Source of the DNA: an uncultured Anaerolineae bacterium
GTDB taxonomy: Bacteria > Chloroflexota > Anaerolineae > Anaerolineales > Villigracilaceae
DNA length: 64,000 nt
Assembly (NCBI GenBank): GCA_903908605.1
Contig: CAIVSQ010000264.1
Location: forward strand, 494-64,493
Direction: 5' to 3'
The position numbers and the translations under genes were made by a program. This document shows, piece after piece, positions 55,260 through 62,318 of the stretch. The notes beneath the pieces are model-generated. The model searched no databases, was not told the origin of the DNA, and worked only from the letters and a program-made list of their open reading frames with translations. Within the stretch, counting starts at the first letter, position 1. Every line of letters starts with the position of its first letter.

Positions 55260-56101
55260 TTGGAAAACGAATTCGTTTGTTTAGACCGCGCACTATCTGG
55301 ATAAGGCGAGTGGTGCAAGTAGTTTTCTTTGCGTTGATTGCCCTGATTTCGATCAATCATACACTCGTGGCCAATGGGGGTGGAATTCCGTTCCTTTCCA
55401 GCGCATCGATGCATGCCTTGTGCCCATTTGGCGGCGTGGTGACTATTTATCAGTATGCCACCACAGGTACATTCGTTCAACATATTCATGAAGCTGCTTT
55501 CGCCTTGATGGTGATTGGCTTTGTTCTGGCAATCCTGTTTGGACCGGTGTTTTGTGGTTGGGTCTGCCCATTGGGTACCGTCCAGGAATGGGTTAGCTCG
55601 CTGGGTAAAAAATTCTTCAAGCGACGTTTTAATCACTTTGTACCGGCGAAACTGGATAGCTTGCTTCGTTATACACGTTACCTTGTGCTGGCTTGGGTTC
55701 TGTATATGACCGCCACAACCGGCACGTTGGTTTTTATCAGTTACGATCCCTACAACGCCCTGTTCAATTTATGGAGCAGCGAGGTGGCTGTTGGGGGTGT
55801 GATCGTCCTGGCGGTGACCCTGGGCTTGTCACTCTTTGTGGAACGTCCGTGGTGTAAATACGCCTGCCCATATGGCGCTGTGCTGGGAATTTCCAATCTG
55901 TTCCGAATCTTTAGCATCCGACGCAGTGAAACAACCTGTAAAGCCGATGGGGCTTGCTCGATCATGTGCCCCATGAATATCGCTGTCGATACAAAGACTA
56001 CGGTCCGTGATCATCAATGCATATCCTGCCTGGAGTGCACGTCCGAAGCGATTTGTCCGGTAGCCAAGACCGTTGTTTTCTCGAACCGAGGTGTAAAATG
56101 A
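55247..56101 (+). CDS. Membrane-bound polyferredoxin of the NapH/MauN/FixG(CcoG) type
   Basis: TM segments are interleaved with CPFGG, CGWVCPLG and CKYACPYG motifs. The C-terminal ferredoxin Cys clusters are CKADGACSIMCP and CISCLECTSEAICP. Confidence 0.75.
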   Translation: MFTLFGKRIRLFRPRTIWIRRVVQVVFFALIALISINHTLVANGGGIPFLSSASMHALCPFGGVVTIYQYATTGTFVQHIHEAAFALMVIGFVLAILFGPVFCGWVCPLGTVQEWVSSLGKKFFKRRFNHFVPAKLDSLLRYTRYLVLAWVLYMTATTGTLVFISYDPYNALFNLWSSEVAVGGVIVLAVTLGLSLFVERPWCKYACPYGAVLGISNLFRIFSIRRSETTCKADGACSIMCPMNIAVDTKTTVRDHQCISCLECTSEAICPVAKTVVFSNRGVK

Positions 56102-56838
56102 TCCTGCAATCAAAAACTTTGGCAGCTCTTGTGGTAGCAATCCTGTTTGGCGGCATCCTAATTTCTGCCAACCTGGGTTGGTGGCAGACAGAAAGCAGCA
56201 AGGTGGCTGCAAAATTTAGTGAGGGTGAATTCGCCGGGCAGGCTAATCCTGCAGACATTCGTGGATCGTACACGTTTGGCGATGTGGAAAAGAATTTCGG
56301 TGTTCCCGCAACGCTGCTTGGCCAGGCCTTCAATGTTGTTGACCAACCAGCCGCTTTCCAGGTCAAGAATCTTGAAGCGATGGCTGTGGAGGGCGAGGTG
56401 GAAATTGGCACTGCTTCGGTGCGTCTGTTTGTGGCTTTTTACAATAACCTGCCAATTGACCTGTCCGCTGAAACTTACTTGCCGCAAGCGGCTGTTGCAT
56501 TGCTGAGTGACCGCAACCTTAGCGCTGAACAACTTGCCTACCTGCAGACCCACACCGCAGGAGCTCCTGCGACTGCACCTGTGCCTGCGCCTGAGATCCT
56601 TGTCAGCCCATCGCCTGAAACCAGCACGGCAGAAACCAGTGCCCGCATCATCAAGGGAAAAACCACGCTGGGTGAAATTCTCAGTTGGGGGTTGCCCAAG
56701 GGAACAATAGAACAAATCTTCGGTCTGCCTATGCCTGACGCGCCCTCGACGACCTTGAAAGATTTTTGCAGCGCCAATAGCCTTGATTTTGAAACCATTA
56801 AACCAGCCCTGCAAGCTGAGGTGGATAAGCTGAAATAA
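56098..56838 (+). CDS. Membrane-anchored protein with an internal duplication, function unknown
   Basis: ATGA overlap with the upstream gene and an N-terminal TM anchor. Two related segments are present (IRGSYTFGDVEKNFGVPATLLGQAF... and IKGKTTLGEILSWGLPKGTIEQIF...). Confidence 0.55.
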   Translation: MILQSKTLAALVVAILFGGILISANLGWWQTESSKVAAKFSEGEFAGQANPADIRGSYTFGDVEKNFGVPATLLGQAFNVVDQPAAFQVKNLEAMAVEGEVEIGTASVRLFVAFYNNLPIDLSAETYLPQAAVALLSDRNLSAEQLAYLQTHTAGAPATAPVPAPEILVSPSPETSTAETSARIIKGKTTLGEILSWGLPKGTIEQIFGLPMPDAPSTTLKDFCSANSLDFETIKPALQAEVDKLK

Positions 56839-57013
56839 TCAACCATTTTAGGGCAGCCATCCCGGGATCAAACTCTGGTTGGCTGCCGTCCGTTAATTAT
56901 GGTGTATCATTTGCTTTACACAGGCATCTAATAAACACACGCAAGTTTGTGCTGAAAAAAGCAGTACCGAATTTCATGGTTTTCATCCCCTAAAAATATA
57001 TACGGAGTGATCA

Positions 57014-57508
57014 ATGGCGAAAAAATTGGTTGTGGTGGGTATTGTCTTGCTGTTAGTGGGAGTTTTCTTGTTCATGCGCATGCGTATGTCACACATGATG
57101 GCGGGACAAGGTAGCCCAAGCGATTTGGTGGCTGTCTCGGCGGATGGGGCTCGTTTGTCTTCACCTGTTACCGGGCAAGATCTGCCTGCGCATGCGGTTG
57201 CTCAACAGTTGGGCGATATGCTCGTGACGCTGGCTATCAATCCGTACCCACCCAGTGTGGGGGCTGCCAGTAGTTTTGACATAACCTTGAGAGATGGCAG
57301 TGGCAATGCAATTGAGGATGCCGTCATTAGTCTTGACCTGACCATGCCTTCTATGTGGATGCCCCCCAACCAGGCGGATGCCAAAATTGTTTCGGCCGGT
57401 GTTTACCAGGCCCAGGCGCCCTTTACCATGCGTGGAATGTGGCGCATCGAAGTCATCATAACACGCGGCGGCGCCAGCCAGTCGGCTTTCTTTGACGTGG
57501 GGTTGTGA
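57014..57508 (+). CDS. FixH/YtkA-like domain membrane protein
   Basis: GGAG RBS and an N-terminal TM helix. It has an Ig-like domain of the YtkA/FixH type (VYQAQAPFTMRGMWRIEVIITRGG). Confidence 0.55.
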   Translation: MAKKLVVVGIVLLLVGVFLFMRMRMSHMMAGQGSPSDLVAVSADGARLSSPVTGQDLPAHAVAQQLGDMLVTLAINPYPPSVGAASSFDITLRDGSGNAIEDAVISLDLTMPSMWMPPNQADAKIVSAGVYQAQAPFTMRGMWRIEVIITRGGASQSAFFDVGL

Positions 57509-58251
57509 TCACAATGGAGCTTTCTAACTTCGCTCTGGCGTTTTTTACCGGTTTAATGAGTAGTTTTGGTCATTGCCTAGGAATGTGCGGTGGGATCGTC
57601 GCCATTTATTCTGCCCGCCAGTCAGCGGCGCTGCCAGCCGGCACCAAAAATAGTTTCTGGAACAAAGTGCTTAGCTTATTACCCGTGCACCTGGGTCGTA
57701 TCAGCACCTACGCCATTTTTGGCGCGCTGGTTGGCCTGGCCGGCTCCCTGCTCGATAAAGTGGGTGGTTTTTTGGGCTGGCAGGGGGCTTTCTCGGTCCT
57801 GGTCGGTTTGGCCATGTTATTGGTGTCTTTGAGCTTATTAGGGATTCTGCCGCCGGTGGAAACTGCGCTCATGTCCTTGATGGGCGGGCGGTCGCCATTG
57901 GCACGAATGCGCGGTTTGTTTGGGAAAAATAGCTTCTTTTCCAGCCTGGCGGTTGGTCTGTTGTGGGGTTTGCTGCCTTGCGGGCTGGTGTTTGCCATGT
58001 TGGTGGTGGCTGTGCGCACCCACACCTCTTGGGGTGGTGCCATGACCATGCTGGCTTTTGGCCTTGGAACCATCCCGACCTTGTTAGGTTTTGGCCTGGC
58101 AGCTAATTTGATCAGTCCAAAATTGCGGGGTGGCTTGCAAAACGTGGCGGCTGTATTGATTATGTTATTCGGGATTCAAACCATTTTGCGCGGGCTGGCA
58201 ATTGCTGGCCTGATTCAATCCTTATCCATTGGGCAGGTGATGTTATGGTAG
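57505..58251 (+). CDS. TauE/SafE-DsbD_2-like membrane protein with an HCxxMCGG motif
   Basis: Six TM segments and an N-terminal FGHCLGMCGG motif. This family is commonly found beside heavy-metal/cbb3 assembly genes. It overlaps the flanking genes. Confidence 0.7.
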   Translation: MITMELSNFALAFFTGLMSSFGHCLGMCGGIVAIYSARQSAALPAGTKNSFWNKVLSLLPVHLGRISTYAIFGALVGLAGSLLDKVGGFLGWQGAFSVLVGLAMLLVSLSLLGILPPVETALMSLMGGRSPLARMRGLFGKNSFFSSLAVGLLWGLLPCGLVFAMLVVAVRTHTSWGGAMTMLAFGLGTIPTLLGFGLAANLISPKLRGGLQNVAAVLIMLFGIQTILRGLAIAGLIQSLSIGQVMLW

Positions 58252-58427
58252 ATACGACTAAATGCGACCATTGTGGGGCAGAAGCGCGGCGGGTGATCAC
58301 CAAGGAATTTGATGGGCGTTTGCTTAACTTTTGCTGTAAAGGCTGCTTGCAGGTCTATGAAATGCTGCGTGAAGAAGAGACGCCAGGCTCAATAAAACCT
58401 GGCGCCCCGTCAACTGAAAACCCCTGA
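58245..58427 (+). CDS. Stand-alone 60-aa metal-binding domain of the type found at the N-terminus of FixI/CcoI P-type ATPases
   Basis: CDHCG....(15)....FCCKGCLQVYEML matches the CxHCG...FCCxGCxxVY pattern of that domain. It overlaps the preceding gene by 7 nt. Confidence 0.6.
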   Translation: MVDTTKCDHCGAEARRVITKEFDGRLLNFCCKGCLQVYEMLREEETPGSIKPGAPSTENP

Positions 58428-58437
58428 AATTTGCTGA

Positions 58438-59850
58438 TTATTTTTTAGCGGAAACTTGCACGCTATAGACCGGCACGCCGGCGGAGCTGCCAGCGCTGGT
58501 GCTGCGTCTTGCCTGTACATCTCTGAACCCGGCCTGGCGTACCAGGTCCAGGTATTCTACTTCAGGTAATGCACCGGAAATGCATTCCGCCCAACCCGCC
58601 ATTGAGGTGCGCATGGCGGGAGTAATTGCGCCACCAAAAACCATATCATTGACTTCCAGACGTCCCTCAGTTTTAAGTACCCGGTACGCCTCTGCGAAAA
58701 CGCTGGCTTTGTCTTCGGTCAGGTTGATCACGCAGTTTGAGATGATCACATCCACACTGTTACCCCCGACGGGTAAATTTTCTGCGTAGCCCTGGCGAAA
58801 GTCCACGTTTGTGAACCCGCCGTTCTGGGCCGCTTGCCGGGCGCGCTGCAGCATGGCGGGAGTCATATCCACACCAATAACTTGCCCAGTCTGCCCGACG
58901 CGCCTGGCAGCAATGAAGGCGTCCAGTCCACCTCCAGATCCAATATCCAAAACAGTTTCACCAGGACGCAGGGTTGCCATAGCCAGTGGATTGCCGCACC
59001 CGAGCGAAAAATCAGCTGCTTCTGTCGGGACAGCTGACTTATCTTCTTGGCTGTAACCGCCATCCCATCGAACTGTTTCGATTGAGCTGAGAGAGATCGT
59101 GGCTGGGGTACAACAGCTCGAATCGCCGCAGCAACTTGAATCCAACGCGCGAGCTGCGTAATTTGCCTGTACTGAATCGCGCGCAGGGATGCGTCGTGTT
59201 CCTGCTGCTACAAAGATGCTGATCTCGGCATGTTCGCCTATCTTGCTTTGGCAACCTGCCTGGCAGGATTGCCCGGTGCAGTCCAATAGTACATTTACCA
59301 GCCCGACCTGCGTGAACCAGGCACGCACATCCTCGCGCTCAAATCCCAACCAGACATCTGACATTTCGGTTTTTAACCATTCGTGCGTATGTGCATCCAT
59401 GTCTGTGATGACCAGCCGGCCACCGGGACGCAAGATGCGCACCATCTCGCGGATGGCGTTCAATGGATCGGGGCAGTGGTGCAGGTACATGTTCGCAAAG
59501 ACGGTATCCACACTTGCATCTTCAAGTGGCAAAGCCAACCCGTCGGCAAGATGAAACTCCAGGTTGGAAAATTCTGCCAGATTCTGCCGAGCAATGGCCA
59601 GCATGGCTTCGGAGCCATCGAGAACGTGCACTTTTTGCACAAGAGGCGCAACTCCGGCAGTCACGAAACCAGTCCCAGCGCCAATGTCGGCAGCGATCAT
59701 ATCTGGGTGCAAATGAGCTTTAGCGATGGCCGAATCGCGCACACTTTCTGTGAAGTACCCGCTGCGTAAATTGTCCCAATCAGCGGCGACTTTTTCAAAG
59801 TAGGTTGCAGATGGATTGTTTGTTGTCATTTTGGACCTCCTCGGGGTCAT
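58438..59850 (-). CDS. arsM: Arsenite S-adenosylmethionine methyltransferase (ArsM) fused to an additional N-terminal class I methyltransferase domain
   Basis: The C-terminal half has the ArsM hallmarks SSCCG, GCGNP, VLDIGSGGGLD, SNCVINL and a later Cys (WAECISG). The N-terminal 200 aa form a second methyltransferase domain (ADIGAGTGF). A Cys-rich linker joins them. Confidence 0.8.
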   Translation of the reverse strand: MTPRRSKMTTNNPSATYFEKVAADWDNLRSGYFTESVRDSAIAKAHLHPDMIAADIGAGTGFVTAGVAPLVQKVHVLDGSEAMLAIARQNLAEFSNLEFHLADGLALPLEDASVDTVFANMYLHHCPDPLNAIREMVRILRPGGRLVITDMDAHTHEWLKTEMSDVWLGFEREDVRAWFTQVGLVNVLLDCTGQSCQAGCQSKIGEHAEISIFVAAGTRRIPARDSVQANYAARALDSSCCGDSSCCTPATISLSSIETVRWDGGYSQEDKSAVPTEAADFSLGCGNPLAMATLRPGETVLDIGSGGGLDAFIAARRVGQTGQVIGVDMTPAMLQRARQAAQNGGFTNVDFRQGYAENLPVGGNSVDVIISNCVINLTEDKASVFAEAYRVLKTEGRLEVNDMVFGGAITPAMRTSMAGWAECISGALPEVEYLDLVRQAGFRDVQARRSTSAGSSAGVPVYSVQVSAKK

Positions 59851-60209
59851 TGACCTGGCTCGTGCGCGGGTAGTTGCAGGGTTAATAGCGTTTCACCAGA
59901 TGTGGGTGCACAGCAGCCCGGTAACCACCGGCCGACCTGTTCTTTAAGCCATTGGATGCCTTCGGTATTCAGGCAGTAGCATGTGGCAGGGCCCTCAGTG
60001 ACACCGCTCACCAGGCCTGCTTCACGTAACACCTTTAGATGCTGGCTGATGGTTGATTGCGCCAGCGGCATCTGTTGGACAATATCATTGGTGATACAGG
60101 TTTGTTTTTCTGCCAGATACTCCATGATCTGGAAGCGCTGTGGGTTTCCAAGTGCCTTGAGCATTTTGGCAAATTTCTTTTGATTATTGTTCAGGTAATT
60201 TTGTGACAT
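59847..60209 (-). CDS. arsR: ArsR/SmtB-family metalloregulator
   Basis: Winged HTH (LGNPQRFQIMEYL...STISQHLKVLREAGLV) with C-terminal Cys pairs (ATCYC, LPGCC). There is a 4-nt overlap with arsM. Confidence 0.85.
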   Translation of the reverse strand: MSQNYLNNNQKKFAKMLKALGNPQRFQIMEYLAEKQTCITNDIVQQMPLAQSTISQHLKVLREAGLVSGVTEGPATCYCLNTEGIQWLKEQVGRWLPGCCAPTSGETLLTLQLPAHEPGQ

Positions 60210-60220
60210 GCAGATACTAT

Positions 60221-60236
60221 ATCGTAAAATTACGAT
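60221..60236. promoter_or_regulatory. Candidate ArsR operator (7-2-7 perfect palindrome) just upstream of arsR
   Basis: ATCGTAA-AA-TTACGAT begins 12 bp upstream of the arsR start codon. Confidence 0.45.
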
Positions 60237-60289
60237 TTAAGCAATGTCTTTCTGTTGAATATTTATAGAGCGGGAAAATAATTATTCCA

Positions 60290-60321
60290 ATTGGTGACAA
60301 TCAACCCGTGCATTGGTGACA
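60290..60321. repeat. 10-bp direct repeat spaced 22 bp apart in the arsR / radical SAM divergent intergenic region
   Basis: ATTGGTGACA at 60290-60299 and again at 60312-60321. Confidence 0.35.
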
Positions 60322-60442
60322 CCTGTCCTATGATGGAATCTCGAAAGACAGTAGAATATATTCATATATTTGAATATGATGCCAGGTTTGCAATTCCTCT
60401 GTGCCTGGTTGTACCTTTGATGATATACGACAGGAGTTAACC

Positions 60443-61711
60443 ATGGTTGTTTCGACGAAACGTACTTCGGCCTGGGCTGAGGTAAATGAAAAAGGTGATC
60501 TTGTTATCCCACACGATGTAGCAGCTCGATATGGTCTTACCCCTGGCGCGCGTCTGAGGTTGGATGAAGGTACCAACTTCGTGCGCATGCACCGACCTAT
60601 TAGTCAGCTCACCAAGATTTATATTGAACCTACCATCGCCTGCAACCTGGATTGTGTCACTTGCTTCCGAAATGGTTGGAATGAAACCGGTGGCCGGATG
60701 AGTGATGAGACTTTTGAGCATATCTACGAGAGCCTCAAAAATATGGACCCGCTTCCAGACGTTTATTTCGGTGGCATCGGTGAACCACTGGTGCATACTC
60801 GTACAATTGAATGGATCGCCAGGGTGAAACAATTGGGAGTACCTCGCGTAGAAATGATTACCAATGGCACCTTGTTGGATGAAAACAACGCCCGCCGCCT
60901 GATCGATGCGGGATTGGATATGCTGTGGGTTTCGTTGGATGGAGCTACGCCAGAGAGTTATTCGGATGTGCGCTTGGGAGCTGAACTGCCCGTAGTGTTA
61001 AAGAATATGCGCCGTTTTGATAAGATGCGCAAAGCCGGACATTTTCCCAAACCTGAAATTGGCGTAGCTTTTGTGGCCATGAAGCGCAACATCAATGAAC
61101 TTCCCGCGGTCATCAAGTTGGGCCGCTCTTTCCGAGCCAAGCATTTTTCCGTCAGTAATGTTCAGCCCGCCACCCCTCAAATGCGTGATGAACGCCTGTA
61201 CATGCACACTTTATCAGACACAGCCTACATGGACGGCTCAAAAAACGTGCCCCACTTGAGCCTGCCAAAAATGGATATAAATGAGACCACGCGCGACGCC
61301 CTTTTTGCGGCATTCACCAGTGGCTGTAGTATTAGCCTGGCGGGCAATAACTGGGGTGGTGCGAGCGATGTGTGTAATTTTGTTGAGGCAGGTACCATGT
61401 CAATCGCATGGGATGGTTATGCCGCCCCTTGTTGGGCATTGATGCACACGCACACGAGTTTCCTGAAAGATGCTCCGTTGACCAATCACCGCCACGTCTT
61501 TGGCAGTGTGGCGGAGCGTTCTTTGGTGGATTTATGGATGGATCCGGAATATGTGGCCTATCGCGAGAGGCTGCATAATTTTGGTTTTGCCCCCTGCACA
61601 TTCTGCGGTGGTTGTGACCTGGCGCATGACAACCAGGAAGATTGCTTTGGCAACCCGTCACCGGTTTGCGGTGTTTGTTTGTGGGCCCAGGGTGTCATTC
61701 AATGCCCTTAG
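60443..61711 (+). CDS. Radical SAM / SPASM-domain enzyme with an N-terminal AbrB/SpoVT-like swapped-hairpin domain
   Basis: AGGAG RBS lies 6 nt before the ATG at 60443. The N-terminus EVNEKGDLVIPHDVAARYGLTPGARLRLDEG is AbrB/MazE-like. It has a CNLDCVTCF (CxxxCxxC) cluster, a GGIGEPL SAM-binding block and a C-terminal Cys-rich SPASM-like region (CTFCGGC...CGVCLWAQGVIQCP). Confidence 0.8.
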   Translation: MVVSTKRTSAWAEVNEKGDLVIPHDVAARYGLTPGARLRLDEGTNFVRMHRPISQLTKIYIEPTIACNLDCVTCFRNGWNETGGRMSDETFEHIYESLKNMDPLPDVYFGGIGEPLVHTRTIEWIARVKQLGVPRVEMITNGTLLDENNARRLIDAGLDMLWVSLDGATPESYSDVRLGAELPVVLKNMRRFDKMRKAGHFPKPEIGVAFVAMKRNINELPAVIKLGRSFRAKHFSVSNVQPATPQMRDERLYMHTLSDTAYMDGSKNVPHLSLPKMDINETTRDALFAAFTSGCSISLAGNNWGGASDVCNFVEAGTMSIAWDGYAAPCWALMHTHTSFLKDAPLTNHRHVFGSVAERSLVDLWMDPEYVAYRERLHNFGFAPCTFCGGCDLAHDNQEDCFGNPSPVCGVCLWAQGVIQCP

Positions 61712-61753
61712 TGGCAGGTCATTGCGCACGATACTGATTATTTATTAAAATAA

Positions 61754-61790
61754 AAAGAGACTGCACCTTTCCGAGGGGCAGTCTCTTTTG
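61754..61790. terminator. Bidirectional terminator between convergent genes
   Basis: aaagagactgc ... gcagtctcttt hairpin flanked by an A-run and a T-run. Confidence 0.55.
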
Positions 61791-61794
61791 GTCG

Positions 61795-62310
61795 TTAATT
61801 GTTCTGCATTAAATAAACAATAATCGCTATCAATGGCAGGCAGCAGCACAGGCACATGAATACTACCGCACCGACGCTGCCAATCAAAATCCAGTTGCGT
61901 TTCTTGGGTGGTTGGGGCGGCTCAGAGGCTGGCGGTGTATCGATGACATCCTCCTGTGCGGGTACGTAGGCTCGCTCTGGTTCGCTTTCGGCCGGGGGTG
62001 GTGTCTCGCGCCCGGAATGGCTCATATCAATTGCTGTTTGGCTGATCATTGTTTGGGCAGATTCGGGTGTCTGACCAAAAGCGCTTTGTGCTACTTCGGA
62101 GGCCTGTTCGGTATCACCTTCACGAATTAATTTCTTTACTTCATCCATGGCTTCAGCGCTGTTATTAAAGACAGGCTTCTGGATGACGAATGTAGCTGCC
62201 GAGCTGCTGCTGGCATTTGAGGGTAGTGCGCTACCGCAGGATGGACATTGGCTGCCTGCATTATTATCAAGGGGCGCACCGCAAAACTGGCATATATTTT
62301 CTGAAGTCAT
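61795..62310 (-). CDS. Zinc-ribbon protein with a C-terminal membrane anchor
   Basis: The N-terminus has CQFCGAPL....CPSCGS. It is followed by a helical segment, a Pro/Glu-rich linker and a C-terminal TM helix (WILIGSVGAVVFMCLCCCLPLIAIIVYL). Confidence 0.6.
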   Translation of the reverse strand: MTSENICQFCGAPLDNNAGSQCPSCGSALPSNASSSSAATFVIQKPVFNNSAEAMDEVKKLIREGDTEQASEVAQSAFGQTPESAQTMISQTAIDMSHSGRETPPPAESEPERAYVPAQEDVIDTPPASEPPQPPKKRNWILIGSVGAVVFMCLCCCLPLIAIIVYLMQNN

Positions 62311-62318
62311 TTTTTCAC

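Noticed and set aside
60330-60440. A 36-codon ORF (MMESRKTVEYIHIFEYDARFAIPLCLVVPLMIYDRS) ending 2 nt before the radical SAM start codon, as a possible RiPP precursor.
   Set aside because: It has no Shine-Dalgarno sequence upstream. The ORF is built from the AT-rich palindromes of the promoter/operator region and overlaps the RBS of the enzyme. Its composition does not look like a typical leader-core peptide. It would be worth a ribosome-profiling check, but I do not call it.
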